A stretch of DNA of 64,000 nucleotides from contig CAWDEM010000008.1 in assembly GCA_963801355.1 (NCBI GenBank), positions 2,400,001 to 2,464,000 on the forward strand, in the 5' to 3' direction. This DNA comes from Ignavibacteriota bacterium. Its GTDB lineage: Bacteria > Bacteroidota > Ignavibacteria > UBA10030 > UBA6906. Below are positions 20,966 to 30,314 of this stretch, piece by piece; the stretch's first letter is position 1, and each line of letters opens with the position of its first letter. A program made the translations under genes and the position numbers. The notes under the pieces were generated by a model. That model was not told where the DNA came from and made no database searches. It was given only the letters and a program-made list of their open reading frames with translations.

Positions 20966-22339
20966 TTAGTCCGGCACCGGGAGACCGTAGCGCTTGATCT
21001 TCAGGTAGAGTGTCTTCTTGCTGATACCGAGCACCTCCGCGGTGCGGGCTCGATTGAAGTTGTGTTCCTTCAACACACGTGCAATGTGCAGCCGTTCCAG
21101 ATCTTCAAGGGTTGTTCCACCTTCAGGGGTTGGCGGCAACTCTGCAACGGGCACCGGAGCGGCGGAACGGTGCACGGAGAGTTGCAGATCACCTTCACCG
21201 ATCACTTCGCCCGCCGAGAGCAGGATGGCCCCTTCAATCACATGTTCCAATTCCCGCACGTTGCCGGGCCAGTGGTAGCTCTGGAGCAAACGGGCCGCAT
21301 CAGCGGAAAGGGTCTTCACATTCTTCGATTTCGCCTTCTGCCGGAGAAAATATTCCGAAAGCAACGGAATGTCGTCCGCCCGTTCCAGCAGCGTCGGCAC
21401 GACCAGGGTGATGACATTGAGGCGGTACAGCAGGTCCTCCCGGAACCGCCCGGCGCTCACCTCGTCAAGCAAATTCTTGTTCGTTGCACTGACAACACGG
21501 ACGTCCACCTGCAGCAGGTTCGTTCCCCCCACGCGACGGAATTCTCCCGTTTCCAGAAACCGCAGCAGCTTCGGCTGAATTGCCGGACTGATGTCTCCCA
21601 CTTCATCCAGGAAGAGCGTCCCGCCATTGGCGACTTCCACAAGACCCTGTTTTGCTGCAAACGCATTGGTGAAGGCCCCCTTCTCATGACCAAAGAGTTC
21701 GCTCTCGAGGAGCGCGTCAGGAATGGAGGCACAGTTCACTGCGACAAACGGGCGGTTGTTGCGCGGGCTGCGTCGATGAATCAGGCTGGCGATCAGTTCT
21801 TTGCCGGTTCCGCTCGCACCCTGAATAAGGATAAATGACTCGCTCTCCGCAAACCGTGTGGCGTTATCGACGAGGCGGACAAATGCCGGGCTCTGTCCGA
21901 TGAGTTCGTTGCTCCCCGCTTTCCGGGTGAGCTCGCTTTTCATCAACTTGTTGTCGATAAAGAGCTGCCGCCGCTCTATTGCCCGGTGAACGGTATTGAA
22001 GATCTCCTCGATGTCGTACGGCTTGGCGAGAAAATCATATGCCCCGAGTTTGATCGTTTCAATCGCCGTCTTGATGTCGGCGTAGTTGGTAAGAATGATG
22101 ACCTGCGTTGTGGGAGAGTATTCCTGGACAAACTTGAGGACATCGATGCCGGTGACGCGCGGCATGCGGATATCGAGGAGTATAACGTCGTACACTTTGG
22201 CCTGAATGCGGTTGATGGCCTCGCCCCCGTCAGCGGCAACATCCACCGCAAACTCATCGGCCTCTCCGAGTTCCGCTTCCAGCAACTGACGGAGCGGCTC
22301 TTCGTCGTCAACAACAAGCAGGTTGTACTTCTTCGCCAT
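20966..22339 (-). CDS. Sigma54-dependent response regulator (NtrC/AtoC family)
   Basis: REC domain, GASGTGKE, ELFGHEKGAFTNA, WPGNVREL, C-terminal HTH. Confidence 0.93.
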   Translation of the reverse strand: MAKKYNLLVVDDEEPLRQLLEAELGEADEFAVDVAADGGEAINRIQAKVYDVILLDIRMPRVTGIDVLKFVQEYSPTTQVIILTNYADIKTAIETIKLGAYDFLAKPYDIEEIFNTVHRAIERRQLFIDNKLMKSELTRKAGSNELIGQSPAFVRLVDNATRFAESESFILIQGASGTGKELIASLIHRRSPRNNRPFVAVNCASIPDALLESELFGHEKGAFTNAFAAKQGLVEVANGGTLFLDEVGDISPAIQPKLLRFLETGEFRRVGGTNLLQVDVRVVSATNKNLLDEVSAGRFREDLLYRLNVITLVVPTLLERADDIPLLSEYFLRQKAKSKNVKTLSADAARLLQSYHWPGNVRELEHVIEGAILLSAGEVIGEGDLQLSVHRSAAPVPVAELPPTPEGGTTLEDLERLHIARVLKEHNFNRARTAEVLGISKKTLYLKIKRYGLPVPD

Positions 22340-22383
22340 GACAGGACCGTGCGTCCGGCCCGCACCGCGGCCGGTGCCGGCGC

Positions 22384-22752
22384 CTATTCACTGAGCACGC
22401 GCTCAATCGTGGTGAGCAGATCCACCAAGTCGTACGGCTTGCTGACAAAATCATCCGCGCCCAGCTTTTTGGACTCGATGGCGTTTTTCAGATCCGCAAA
22501 TCCCGTGAGCATCACGACCTTGGTCTTCTCGTGCTGCTCCTTGATGTGCTTGAGGACTTCAAAACCGTTCATCCGGGGCATTTTGATGTCCAGCAGCACG
22601 AGATCAAAGGAGTTCTTGCCCATTTCCTGAATGGCATCGTCTCCATCCGGGGCCGTGCGCACATCGTATCCCTCGTTGATCAGCTCGTTGCTGAGCACGG
22701 TGCGCAGAGAATCTTCGTCGTCAACGACTAGCACCGATCGTTTCTTGGCCAT
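22384..22752 (-). CDS. Single-domain response regulator (receiver)
   Basis: VVDDE, LLDIKMP, MLTG, KPY; true start is MAKKRS at ATG 22752. Confidence 0.9.
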   Translation of the reverse strand: MAKKRSVLVVDDEDSLRTVLSNELINEGYDVRTAPDGDDAIQEMGKNSFDLVLLDIKMPRMNGFEVLKHIKEQHEKTKVVMLTGFADLKNAIESKKLGADDFVSKPYDLVDLLTTIERVLSE

Positions 22753-22833
22753 CAGAGCGCTCTCCGGCGTTTTGGTGAGTTCCGGCCCATGCTGCCCCAC
22801 GACGCCACCGTACAAGGACCGGCAATGCGGAAA

Positions 22834-22895
22834 AGTATACCCAAAGTTGTGAACAAAATCAACAATTTGCAACTCTCCCCGCATTGTGCTATTAT
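22834..22895. promoter_or_regulatory. Back-to-back sigma70 promoters of the signalling cluster
   Basis: Minus: TTGATT(22862-22857)-17-TATACT(22839-22834). Plus: TTGCAA(22867)-17-TATTAT(22890) with extended TG, 9 nt before ATG 22905. Confidence 0.65.
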
Positions 22896-22904
22896 TACCC
22901 CACA

Positions 22905-23582
22905 ATGGACCCCTCCGAACCAATCAACCTGCTCTTTGTAGATGACGATGTGGCCTATATGGCCATTGCCCGCCATCTCCTCACGAAATACCAGGGATCC
23001 CGCTTCCAGGTGACCTGGAAACAGGACGCAAATTCCTCGCTGGCGTTTCTGGCCGAATCACCTGACATCGACCTCATTGTGATTGACTATTTTCTTCCGG
23101 ATATGAACGGACTGCAATTGGTTCAGCACATCCGCGAGCGCAACCACGAAATACCCATCGTTTTTCTTACCTCCAACCGGGATTTCCGCCTGGCGATTGA
23201 AGTCATGAAGTACGGCGTGGAGGACTATCTGATCAAGGATGAGGCGGTGGATTCGGTCCTTCCCAGAACCATTCTGAACATTATCGAGCGCGTTCACCTC
23301 AAGAGGCAAATTGCCCTGGAACGGAAGGCCGATTTGATAGCCCGTAAACGGACGGACGCCATAAAGGAACTCGTTGTCACGGTATGCCATGAGTTCAATA
23401 ACCCCCTTGCTGCAATCAAGATCAGCACCGATATTCTCCTCCGCCAGTCGCTTGATGAGGAAGAAACCCGGCTGGTGCATGCCATCGACGAAAATATCAA
23501 CCTGGTGGAGAAGGAAATCTCCCGGCTCCGCGATATGAATTTTGAGCGCCCCGAATTCCTGGAAAGCCCGGGGCGGTCTTGA
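22905..23582 (+). CDS. Receiver + HisKA (DHp) protein lacking the HATPase domain
   Basis: REC (FVDDD, IDYFLPDMNG, FLTS, YLIK), coiled coil, H-box HEFNNPL, then a stop about 60 aa later with no N/G1/F/G2 boxes. Confidence 0.85.
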   Translation: MDPSEPINLLFVDDDVAYMAIARHLLTKYQGSRFQVTWKQDANSSLAFLAESPDIDLIVIDYFLPDMNGLQLVQHIRERNHEIPIVFLTSNRDFRLAIEVMKYGVEDYLIKDEAVDSVLPRTILNIIERVHLKRQIALERKADLIARKRTDAIKELVVTVCHEFNNPLAAIKISTDILLRQSLDEEETRLVHAIDENINLVEKEISRLRDMNFERPEFLESPGRS

Positions 23583-23607
23583 TTCTCAACCGGTTCTTTC
23601 CTATATT
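23579..23607 (+). promoter_or_regulatory. Putative sigma70 promoter
   Basis: TTGATT-17-TATATT. Confidence 0.6.
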
Positions 23608-23612
23608 AATAA

Positions 23613-23763
23613 TTCCTGAAGTGAAATTGACCGGCAAGTGCCGGATTTGCTATAGACTGATGTATCACTGAAGCCAGTGAAACGGACACCCTATACCGAC
23701 CGAAAGCTTTTTGCGAAAAACACACAACCTCACAATCCCGCCCCACGGCGGGATTCTTATTTT
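23613..23763 (+). ncRNA. Candidate small RNA or attenuator leader, unassigned
   Basis: Bounded by a promoter and an intrinsic terminator; nested complementary segments around a TCACTG-AAGC-CAGTGA hairpin. Confidence 0.45.
23734..23763 (+). terminator. Rho-independent terminator
   Basis: AATCCCGCC-ccac-GGCGGGATT followed by CTTATTTT. Confidence 0.7.
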
Positions 23764-23776
23764 CTGTGAGGGGGCC

Positions 23777-24889
23777 ATGAGCATGCAGGTTCGGGACATA
23801 CAGCGTGTGCTGGAGGAATGGGCACCGCGGACAGCGGCGTGGGAGCACGACAATGTCGGCATACAGTGCGGTGATCCGCATATGAAGGTTCGGGGAGTAC
23901 TGATCTGCCTTGACATCACGGAGGACGTTGTCCGCGACGCCCTCCGTCGCCAGGCGAACCTGATTGTCAGCCATCATCCCCTCCTCTATCATCCCCTGTC
24001 CTCGGTCACCTCAACCACGCGCGCCGGCCGCACAGTGACCATACTTGTACGGAAAGAGATTGCGGCCCTCGCAGCACACACCAACCTTGATGCCGCACCG
24101 GAAGGCACAAGTGCAGCCCTTGCCGGCGTCCTGGGTGTGCGGGACCCGGAGCCCCTCGATCATTCGTTGGGACTGCAGGTGAAATTGGTGACGTTCACAC
24201 CCACGGCCGACGTGGATCGGGTCGCCCGGGCCATGGCGGAAGCCGGCGCGGGTATCATCGGCAACTACTCGTTGTGTTCGTTCCGTACGGAAGGCATTGG
24301 AACATTTCAGGGAAATGCGGCGTCACAGCCGGCCGCCGGCCGGCGGGGGAAGTACGAACGCATCCCGGAAGTGCGGTTGGAAATGATCGTCGACCGCGAC
24401 CGCCTCCCCGGCGTCCTTGCAGCCATGCGGGACGCGCATCCCTATGAAGAAGTGGCATACGATATCTATCCGGTTGAGAATGCACACCCCCGGTTCGGGA
24501 TGGGGGCAATCGGCAGTTTACCCCGCCCCTCGACGCTCGGGGCGTTTCTCCGCCGGGTCCGGCGCACGTTGAGCACGGGCGCACTCCGGTATACGGGGGA
24601 CGTGCGGCGGCGGGTTGTCCGCGTCGCCGTGTGCGGCGGGGCCGGCAGCCGTCTCATCGAACACGCGATCGCGCAGCATGCAGACGTGTTCGTCACAAGC
24701 GATGTTTCGTTTCACCGTTTTCAGGATGCCGCAGGACGCGTCGCGCTGATTGACGCCGGGCATCACGAAACCGAATACCCGGTACTCGCGACGCTTGCCG
24801 GGAAGATCCGGGAGGCATGCCGGGCACGGGCGGAACGCATTCCCGTCGCCGTCAGTGCAGTACGTACCAATCCTGTTGCTTATGCGTAG
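23777..24889 (+). CDS. Nif3/YbgI-family dinuclear metal protein with PII-like insertion
   Basis: DNVGIQ, SHHPL, HTNLD, GAGIIGNYSLCSF, HPYEEVAYD, DAGHHETE. Confidence 0.93.
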   Translation: MSMQVRDIQRVLEEWAPRTAAWEHDNVGIQCGDPHMKVRGVLICLDITEDVVRDALRRQANLIVSHHPLLYHPLSSVTSTTRAGRTVTILVRKEIAALAAHTNLDAAPEGTSAALAGVLGVRDPEPLDHSLGLQVKLVTFTPTADVDRVARAMAEAGAGIIGNYSLCSFRTEGIGTFQGNAASQPAAGRRGKYERIPEVRLEMIVDRDRLPGVLAAMRDAHPYEEVAYDIYPVENAHPRFGMGAIGSLPRPSTLGAFLRRVRRTLSTGALRYTGDVRRRVVRVAVCGGAGSRLIEHAIAQHADVFVTSDVSFHRFQDAAGRVALIDAGHHETEYPVLATLAGKIREACRARAERIPVAVSAVRTNPVAYA

Positions 24890-24891
24890 TA

Positions 24892-25641
24892 ATGTCAGAG
24901 GAGCCATCGTTGAAAACAAAGTTGCAGCAGCTGTACGCCCTGCAACTCGTCGATTCACATCTCGACGAGCTGCAGGAGCTTAAGGGAGACCTGCCGGGCG
25001 AGGTGCAATCGCTCGAAGAACAACTTGCAGGACTCGGCGACGAGCGGAAAAATCATGAATCAAGCATGAAGCAGTCGTTCTCGCAGCGTGACGACGCCGA
25101 CGCACATATCATCTCACTGAAGGAACGGCTGGAAAAATACAAGAAACAGCAGTTCGCCGTGCGCACAAACAGGGAATATGACGCCCTGACGCGAGAGATG
25201 GATACGGCGACCGAGACGATCACGAAGCTCGAGAAGGATATGGAGCAATTGGAAGCGGCGGCCACGATTGCACGGACGCAAATGGAGGAAGCCGACGTAA
25301 AAATTGCCGAGCTTGAAAAAATCCTGACGGAAAAACGGGCCGCCCTTGCCGAGGTATCCAAGGCGACCGAAGACGAGGAGCTGCGTTTCACGCACGAGCG
25401 CGACAAGCTTGTCGCACGCATCACCAAGCCTGATCTCGCGGCGTACGAGCGGATCCGGAAGGCGAAGCGCGGCACAGCCGTCGTTCCCGTCAAACGCGAG
25501 GCGTGCGGCGGATGCCACAACCGCGTGCCGCCACAGAAACTTCTCGAGCTCCGGAAGAACGACCGGATATACACGTGTGAGCGGTGCGGACGTATCATTG
25601 TGTCCGACGAAATCGTGCAGTCCAGCGTCCGCATGGCATGA
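24892..25641 (+). CDS. Coiled-coil protein with C4 zinc ribbon (DUF164-like)
   Basis: Long coiled coil, NREYDAL, YERIR, CGGC...CERCGRI. Confidence 0.9.
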   Translation: MSEEPSLKTKLQQLYALQLVDSHLDELQELKGDLPGEVQSLEEQLAGLGDERKNHESSMKQSFSQRDDADAHIISLKERLEKYKKQQFAVRTNREYDALTREMDTATETITKLEKDMEQLEAAATIARTQMEEADVKIAELEKILTEKRAALAEVSKATEDEELRFTHERDKLVARITKPDLAAYERIRKAKRGTAVVPVKREACGGCHNRVPPQKLLELRKNDRIYTCERCGRIIVSDEIVQSSVRMA

Positions 25642-26051
25642 CGCTCTATGCAGCTACAGACGGGGCATCCCGCGGCAATCCTGGTGAAAGCGGCGTGGGG
25701 GTGATTGTGCGTGATGAGGCAGGACGGGAAGTGCTTTCGATCTCCCGGTACCTCGGGACAGCGACGAACAATATCGCCGAATACACGGCCCTGATCCTTC
25801 TGCTGCAGGAGATGCAAAAAATCCCCTGCTCCCGGCTCGTGGTACAGTCCGACAGCGAGCTTCTGGTGCGCCAGGTAAACGGGAAGTATAAGGTGAAGAA
25901 TCCCGGCCTGAAACGGAAATTCGACGAGGTGCAACGGCTCCGTGCGGTGTTGCCGTGCACACTCGAAGTACGTTATGTCCCCCGGGCAGAAAATGCCGAG
26001 GCCGACTGGTTGGCCAACCGGGGGATCGACGAACGCAAGATTTTTCTATAA
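25638..26051 (+). CDS. rnhA: Ribonuclease HI
   Basis: DGASRGNPG, TNNIAEY, DSELLVRQ, NAEADWLAN. Confidence 0.92.
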   Translation: MTLYAATDGASRGNPGESGVGVIVRDEAGREVLSISRYLGTATNNIAEYTALILLLQEMQKIPCSRLVVQSDSELLVRQVNGKYKVKNPGLKRKFDEVQRLRAVLPCTLEVRYVPRAENAEADWLANRGIDERKIFL

Positions 26052-26071
26052 CTCACATAAACCAATCACAC

Positions 26072-26489
26072 AGCAGGTCGGGCAACCGCGCCACGCTACA
26101 TGCGGGGTGAGGAAAGTCCGAACTCCATAGAGCAGGGTGCCCCGTGAACAACAGGGGTCCCGACCGCGCAAGCGGCCGGGAACGGAAAGTGTCACAGAAA
26201 ATACACCACCCCGAGTTCCGGCGACGCTTCGCGTCGTCGGAGGCGAAGGGAAAGGGTGAAAAGGCGAGGTAAGAGCTCACCGCCCCGGGAGTAATCCCGG
26301 GGGCACGACAAACCCCACCTGGAGCAAGGCCAAATATGAGAGGAGAGGCTGCTCGTCTCGCTTCCCGCTACGGCGGGATCCACTCTCGGGTAGGCCGCTA
26401 GAGCCAAGGAGCAATCCGCGGCCCAGAGAAATGGTTGCCTCCTCCGCAGTCAAACGCGGGGAAGACAGAATTCGGCTTACAGACCTGCT
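26072..26489 (+). ncRNA. rnpB: RNase P RNA (type A)
   Basis: Conserved GAGGAAAGTCC, GGAAAGTGTCACAGAAA, GGGTGAAA..GGTAAGAGC, AAACCCC..GGAGCAAG and ACAGAATTCGGCTTA; P1 ends AGCAGGTC/GACCTGCT pair. Confidence 0.97.
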
Positions 26490-26545
26490 CTGCTGTTGGG
26501 CACCGCGTCCGGTCGCCCGCAGCATTTTACCGTACGGAGTTCCAT

Positions 26546-28276
26546 GTGCACCAACAAGTGAAGGAGCACAGGTGGATCGTGGCCGATCCACCTGACCCGG
26601 GTGTCGTTACCACCCTGGCCAAGGAGATTAATGTTCCGGAGAGCATTGCGAAAGTCCTTGTCTACCGCGGCATCGCGGACTACGATAGGGCAAAGGAGTA
26701 CTTCCGACCGTCGCTGACACAGCTGCACGATCCGTTCCTGCTGGATGGAATGGAAGTCGCGGTTGCACGCATCCGTGCAGCCTTGGCGACACATGAGCAG
26801 ATGTTCGTGTTCGGCGACTATGATGTGGACGGCACGAACGGTGCCGCAATGCTCTATCTGTTTCTCCGTGACCGCGGCGGCAATGTCGGCTACTATATCC
26901 CGGACCGTCTGAAGGAAGGGTACGGCATATCGCATCAGGGAATCGACCGTGCGATTGAACTGGGCGTCACTCTCTTCCTGGCAATCGATTGCGGCATTAC
27001 GGCGGTCGATCAGATTGCGTACGCGAGCGAAAAGGGCCTGGATGTTATCATCTGTGATCATCATGAAGCAGGCCAGACGCTGCCCAAGGCACTCGCCGTG
27101 CTGGATCCGATCAAGCCGGGTGATACCTATCCGTTTAAGTTCCTGTGCGGTTGCGGGGTCGGCTTCAAGCTCATCCAGGGTCTGGCCCGCAGCATGGGCG
27201 ACGAATCACTGGTCACCCCGTTCCTGGACTTTGTCACGCTGGCCAGTACAGCGGATATCGTCCCGCTGACCGGGGAGAACCGTGTCCTCGTCAAGATCGG
27301 GCTGCAATCGATCAACACCGCGCCGCGGCCCGGGATCAAAGCCCTTATTGAAAGTGCAGGCTTGCGACCGGGGAACATCACCACCGGCCAGATTGTGTTT
27401 GCCCTTGCGCCCCGTATCAATGCCGTCGGGCGCCTGGGTGATGCGACGCGCGCAGTGCGCCTGCTGACGTCCGAAGACGCCGAAGAAGCCCGGTCCCTCG
27501 CCCAGATCCTTGAAGAGGAGAACCGGAACCGGCGGCGCATCGACGAAGACACCTTTGCCGATGCACAACAACTCGCCGAGGAATGTCTGGATCTCGACAC
27601 CGACCCCGCCATTGTGTTGCACCAGGAGCACTGGCATCCGGGCGTCGTGGGGATCGTCGCTTCACGCATGGTCGAGCGATACTACAAGCCCTCCATCATG
27701 ATGGCGACCGTCGATGGGGTCGCCAAAGGGTCGGCGCGCAGCGTGTCGGGCTTTGACATCTACGAAGCCCTCAAACGCTGCGAAGACAAGCTTCTGCAAT
27801 TCGGCGGACACAAGTATGCCGCGGGTGTCACCGTGGATTTAAGCCGTGTCGACGAATTCCGCGACGCGTTCAATGCCGCAGTGAAACTGTTGATGAAAGA
27901 AGAGTTGAAAACACCGGAGATCCGAATCGACCTGGAACTTACACTGTCCGATATCACTCCATGGTTTGTCAAGCTCCTCCGGGAGTTCGCCCCGTTCGGA
28001 CCCAACAACACCAGGCCGACCTTCCTGACCCGCAATCTCGAGGTGGCCGGGAGTCCACGCATCGTCGGCCGCAACCATCTGCGCTTCCGGGTACGGCAGA
28101 ACGGCGTGGTCTTCGACGCGATCGGATTCGGTCTTGGCGAGCACCTTCCACGCATCCCCGTGGGTCGCCGCGACCTCGATTGTGTCTATACTGTCGAAGA
28201 AAACGAATGGAATGCACCGACGGGATCCCGATCGGGAGACCCCGTTCCGCAGCTCAAGATCAAAGACCTACGGTAA
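26546..28276 (+). CDS. recJ: Single-stranded DNA exonuclease RecJ
   Basis: GDYDVDG, DCG, DHH, APRINAVGRL, KGSARS, GGHKYAAG. Start is GTG after GGAG; the ORF-track start lies inside rnpB. Confidence 0.95.
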   Translation: MHQQVKEHRWIVADPPDPGVVTTLAKEINVPESIAKVLVYRGIADYDRAKEYFRPSLTQLHDPFLLDGMEVAVARIRAALATHEQMFVFGDYDVDGTNGAAMLYLFLRDRGGNVGYYIPDRLKEGYGISHQGIDRAIELGVTLFLAIDCGITAVDQIAYASEKGLDVIICDHHEAGQTLPKALAVLDPIKPGDTYPFKFLCGCGVGFKLIQGLARSMGDESLVTPFLDFVTLASTADIVPLTGENRVLVKIGLQSINTAPRPGIKALIESAGLRPGNITTGQIVFALAPRINAVGRLGDATRAVRLLTSEDAEEARSLAQILEEENRNRRRIDEDTFADAQQLAEECLDLDTDPAIVLHQEHWHPGVVGIVASRMVERYYKPSIMMATVDGVAKGSARSVSGFDIYEALKRCEDKLLQFGGHKYAAGVTVDLSRVDEFRDAFNAAVKLLMKEELKTPEIRIDLELTLSDITPWFVKLLREFAPFGPNNTRPTFLTRNLEVAGSPRIVGRNHLRFRVRQNGVVFDAIGFGLGEHLPRIPVGRRDLDCVYTVEENEWNAPTGSRSGDPVPQLKIKDLR

Positions 28277-28295
28277 GATCAAGGAGAACGAGACC

Positions 28296-29057
28296 ATGTC
28301 AGGCCATTCGAAGTGGGCTACCATCAAGCGGAAAAAAGCTGCGACCGATTCTGCCAGAGGCCGCTTGTTCACACGCCTGATCAAGGAAATCAGCATCGCC
28401 GCCCGCCAGGGGGGCGGTAACGCCGAAGGAAACCCGCGCCTTCGCCTCGCCATCCAGACGGCAAAAGCCGCGAATATGCCGGCGGACAATATCAAGCGCG
28501 CGGTTCAGAAAGGCACCGGCGAGCTCCCCGGTGTCGCGTACGAGGAGGTTACGTATGAAGGATACGGGCCCGGCGGCGTCGCTGTCCTCGTGGAAACCGT
28601 CACCGACAACGCCAACCGTACCGTGTCCGAGATGCGCCATACCTTCAGCAGGAGCAACGGCAACCTCGGACAAAGCGGGAGCGTGGCCTGGATGTTCCAC
28701 CGCAAAGGATCGATCATCGTCCCCAAAGCCGGACAGAAAGTGCCCTTGACGGAAGATGACCTGATGGGGATCATCATCGACGCGGGTGCCGACGACATGC
28801 AGACCGAAGTCGATCTGTACGCCATTACCACCTCTTCACACGATTTGGCTGCGGTCAAGAAAGCAATCGAGGATAAAGGTATTGTCGTCGAAAGCGCAGC
28901 CCTCCAGATGGTTCCGCAGACGACCGTGAAGATCACGGGCAAGGATGCGGAGAACATGATGAAGCTGATGGAAGCACTTGATCAGCATGATGACGTCCAG
29001 AACGTTTACGCGAACTTCGATATCGACGACAAGGAACTTGCGACGCTCAGTGCCTGA
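28296..29057 (+). CDS. YebC/PmpR family protein
   Basis: MSGHSKWATIKRKK, NPRLR, YEGYGPGG, TDNANRT, DDVQNVY. Confidence 0.96.
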   Translation: MSGHSKWATIKRKKAATDSARGRLFTRLIKEISIAARQGGGNAEGNPRLRLAIQTAKAANMPADNIKRAVQKGTGELPGVAYEEVTYEGYGPGGVAVLVETVTDNANRTVSEMRHTFSRSNGNLGQSGSVAWMFHRKGSIIVPKAGQKVPLTEDDLMGIIIDAGADDMQTEVDLYAITTSSHDLAAVKKAIEDKGIVVESAALQMVPQTTVKITGKDAENMMKLMEALDQHDDVQNVYANFDIDDKELATLSA

Positions 29058-29082
29058 CACACAGCAAGCGGCTTCCAGAATC

Positions 29083-29619
29083 ATGGTGGTGCTCGGAGTT
29101 GACCCGGGCACTCTGGTGACAGGGTTCGGTGTCGTGGCCCGGAAAGGCACCACCCTCCGGCTCCTTGCCTCCGGCACGATCACCTCTTCTTCGGGCAGCA
29201 GCATTCCCGAGCGGCTCCATACGATCTACACCCGGCTCCGGCACGTGCTGGCGGTACACCATCCCGACGAGTTCGCCATCGAGAGCGCATTCTACGGAAA
29301 GAACGCGCAATCCGCACTGAAACTCGGGCATGCCCGCGGCGTCTGCCTGCTGGCTGCCGTGCAGCGCGGTCTGACGCCTGCGGAATATTCACCCCGCGAA
29401 GTGAAGAAGGCCGTCGTGGGCAACGGCAATGCGTCGAAAGAACAAGTGCAGTTCATGGTCAAAGCGCTGCTGGGAATCAAAGGCGGCGGTATGGCCGCCG
29501 ACACCTCCGACGCGATCGCCACGGCACTCTGTCACCTGAACAGAACATCACTCCCATCCTCCCGTCATCGCAGCTGGCGGTCGTATGTGGAGGCGCACCC
29601 CGAGAAAGTGGTGTCATGA
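29083..29619 (+). CDS. ruvC: Holliday junction resolvase RuvC
   Basis: LGVDPG, AIE, LKLGHARG, GNGNASKEQV, DTSDAIA. Alternative GTG start at 29050. Confidence 0.95.
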   Translation: MVVLGVDPGTLVTGFGVVARKGTTLRLLASGTITSSSGSSIPERLHTIYTRLRHVLAVHHPDEFAIESAFYGKNAQSALKLGHARGVCLLAAVQRGLTPAEYSPREVKKAVVGNGNASKEQVQFMVKALLGIKGGGMAADTSDAIATALCHLNRTSLPSSRHRSWRSYVEAHPEKVVS

Positions 29620-30221
29620 TCACCAGGCTTCGCGGTGAACTCATAGCAAAATCCCCGACGGAAGTGGTTGTCGATGTCAACGGCGTCGGTTACGGCGTGC
29701 ACATTCCCGTGTCGACATTCGAGAAGATCGGAGATCTGCATTCCACCGTCCAGCTGTTCACGCACTTGCATGTACGGGAGGATCTGCTCCAGTTGTACGG
29801 ATTTGCGACCGACGAGGAACGGGCGGTGTTCCGCCTGCTGATATCGGTTACCGGCATCGGTCCGAAGATGGCCCAGGGTATTCTCTCGGGGATCTCTGTC
29901 CCCGATCTGAAAACATACCTCGCCTCGGGCAACGCCGCAGCTCTGATCTCGATACCCGGCGTCGGACGCAAACTGGCGGACCGTCTCGTCGTCGAGCTGA
30001 AGGACAAAATGGGGCGGCTGGACTCGGGCGGTCCGGGCGCGGCATTCCCGGCCGATGCGCAGGGGTCTATGCGCTCCGAGGCATTACTGGCGCTCACGTC
30101 TCTCGGGTACAACCGGGCCGTGGCCGAGCGGGCCCTGCGCGCGGCACTGGAGGAGCTTTCCGACAACTCCCCCACCGTCGAAGGGCTCATTAAAACTGCA
30201 CTGCGGCACGCCGCAGGATAG
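29616..30221 (+). CDS. ruvA: Holliday junction branch migration protein RuvA
   Basis: VNGVGY, HVRED..LYGF, VTGIGPK, IPGVGRK, ALTSLGY. Confidence 0.96.
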   Translation: MITRLRGELIAKSPTEVVVDVNGVGYGVHIPVSTFEKIGDLHSTVQLFTHLHVREDLLQLYGFATDEERAVFRLLISVTGIGPKMAQGILSGISVPDLKTYLASGNAAALISIPGVGRKLADRLVVELKDKMGRLDSGGPGAAFPADAQGSMRSEALLALTSLGYNRAVAERALRAALEELSDNSPTVEGLIKTALRHAAG

Positions 30222-30254
30222 GTCCGCCGGGCACCCTTCTCCCGTCCCGTTTCG

Positions 30255-30283
30255 TTGCTTTTCTGAAGCGCATCTGTTACCTT
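30255..30283 (+). promoter_or_regulatory. Putative sigma70 promoter for ruvB
   Basis: TTGCTT-17-TACCTT with extended TG. Confidence 0.5.
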
Positions 30284-30314
30284 TAGATTCGCGCTGTACC
30301 CGTATACCCCATCC

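Noticed and set aside
23657-23695. Hammerhead-like CTGATG...GAAAC around a hairpin
   Set aside because: The core reads CTGATGT rather than CTGANGA, and there is no stem III or NUH cleavage triplet.
26053-26545. ORFs overlapping 26053-26591 and the long 5' extension of recJ
   Set aside because: The region is the RNase P RNA gene.
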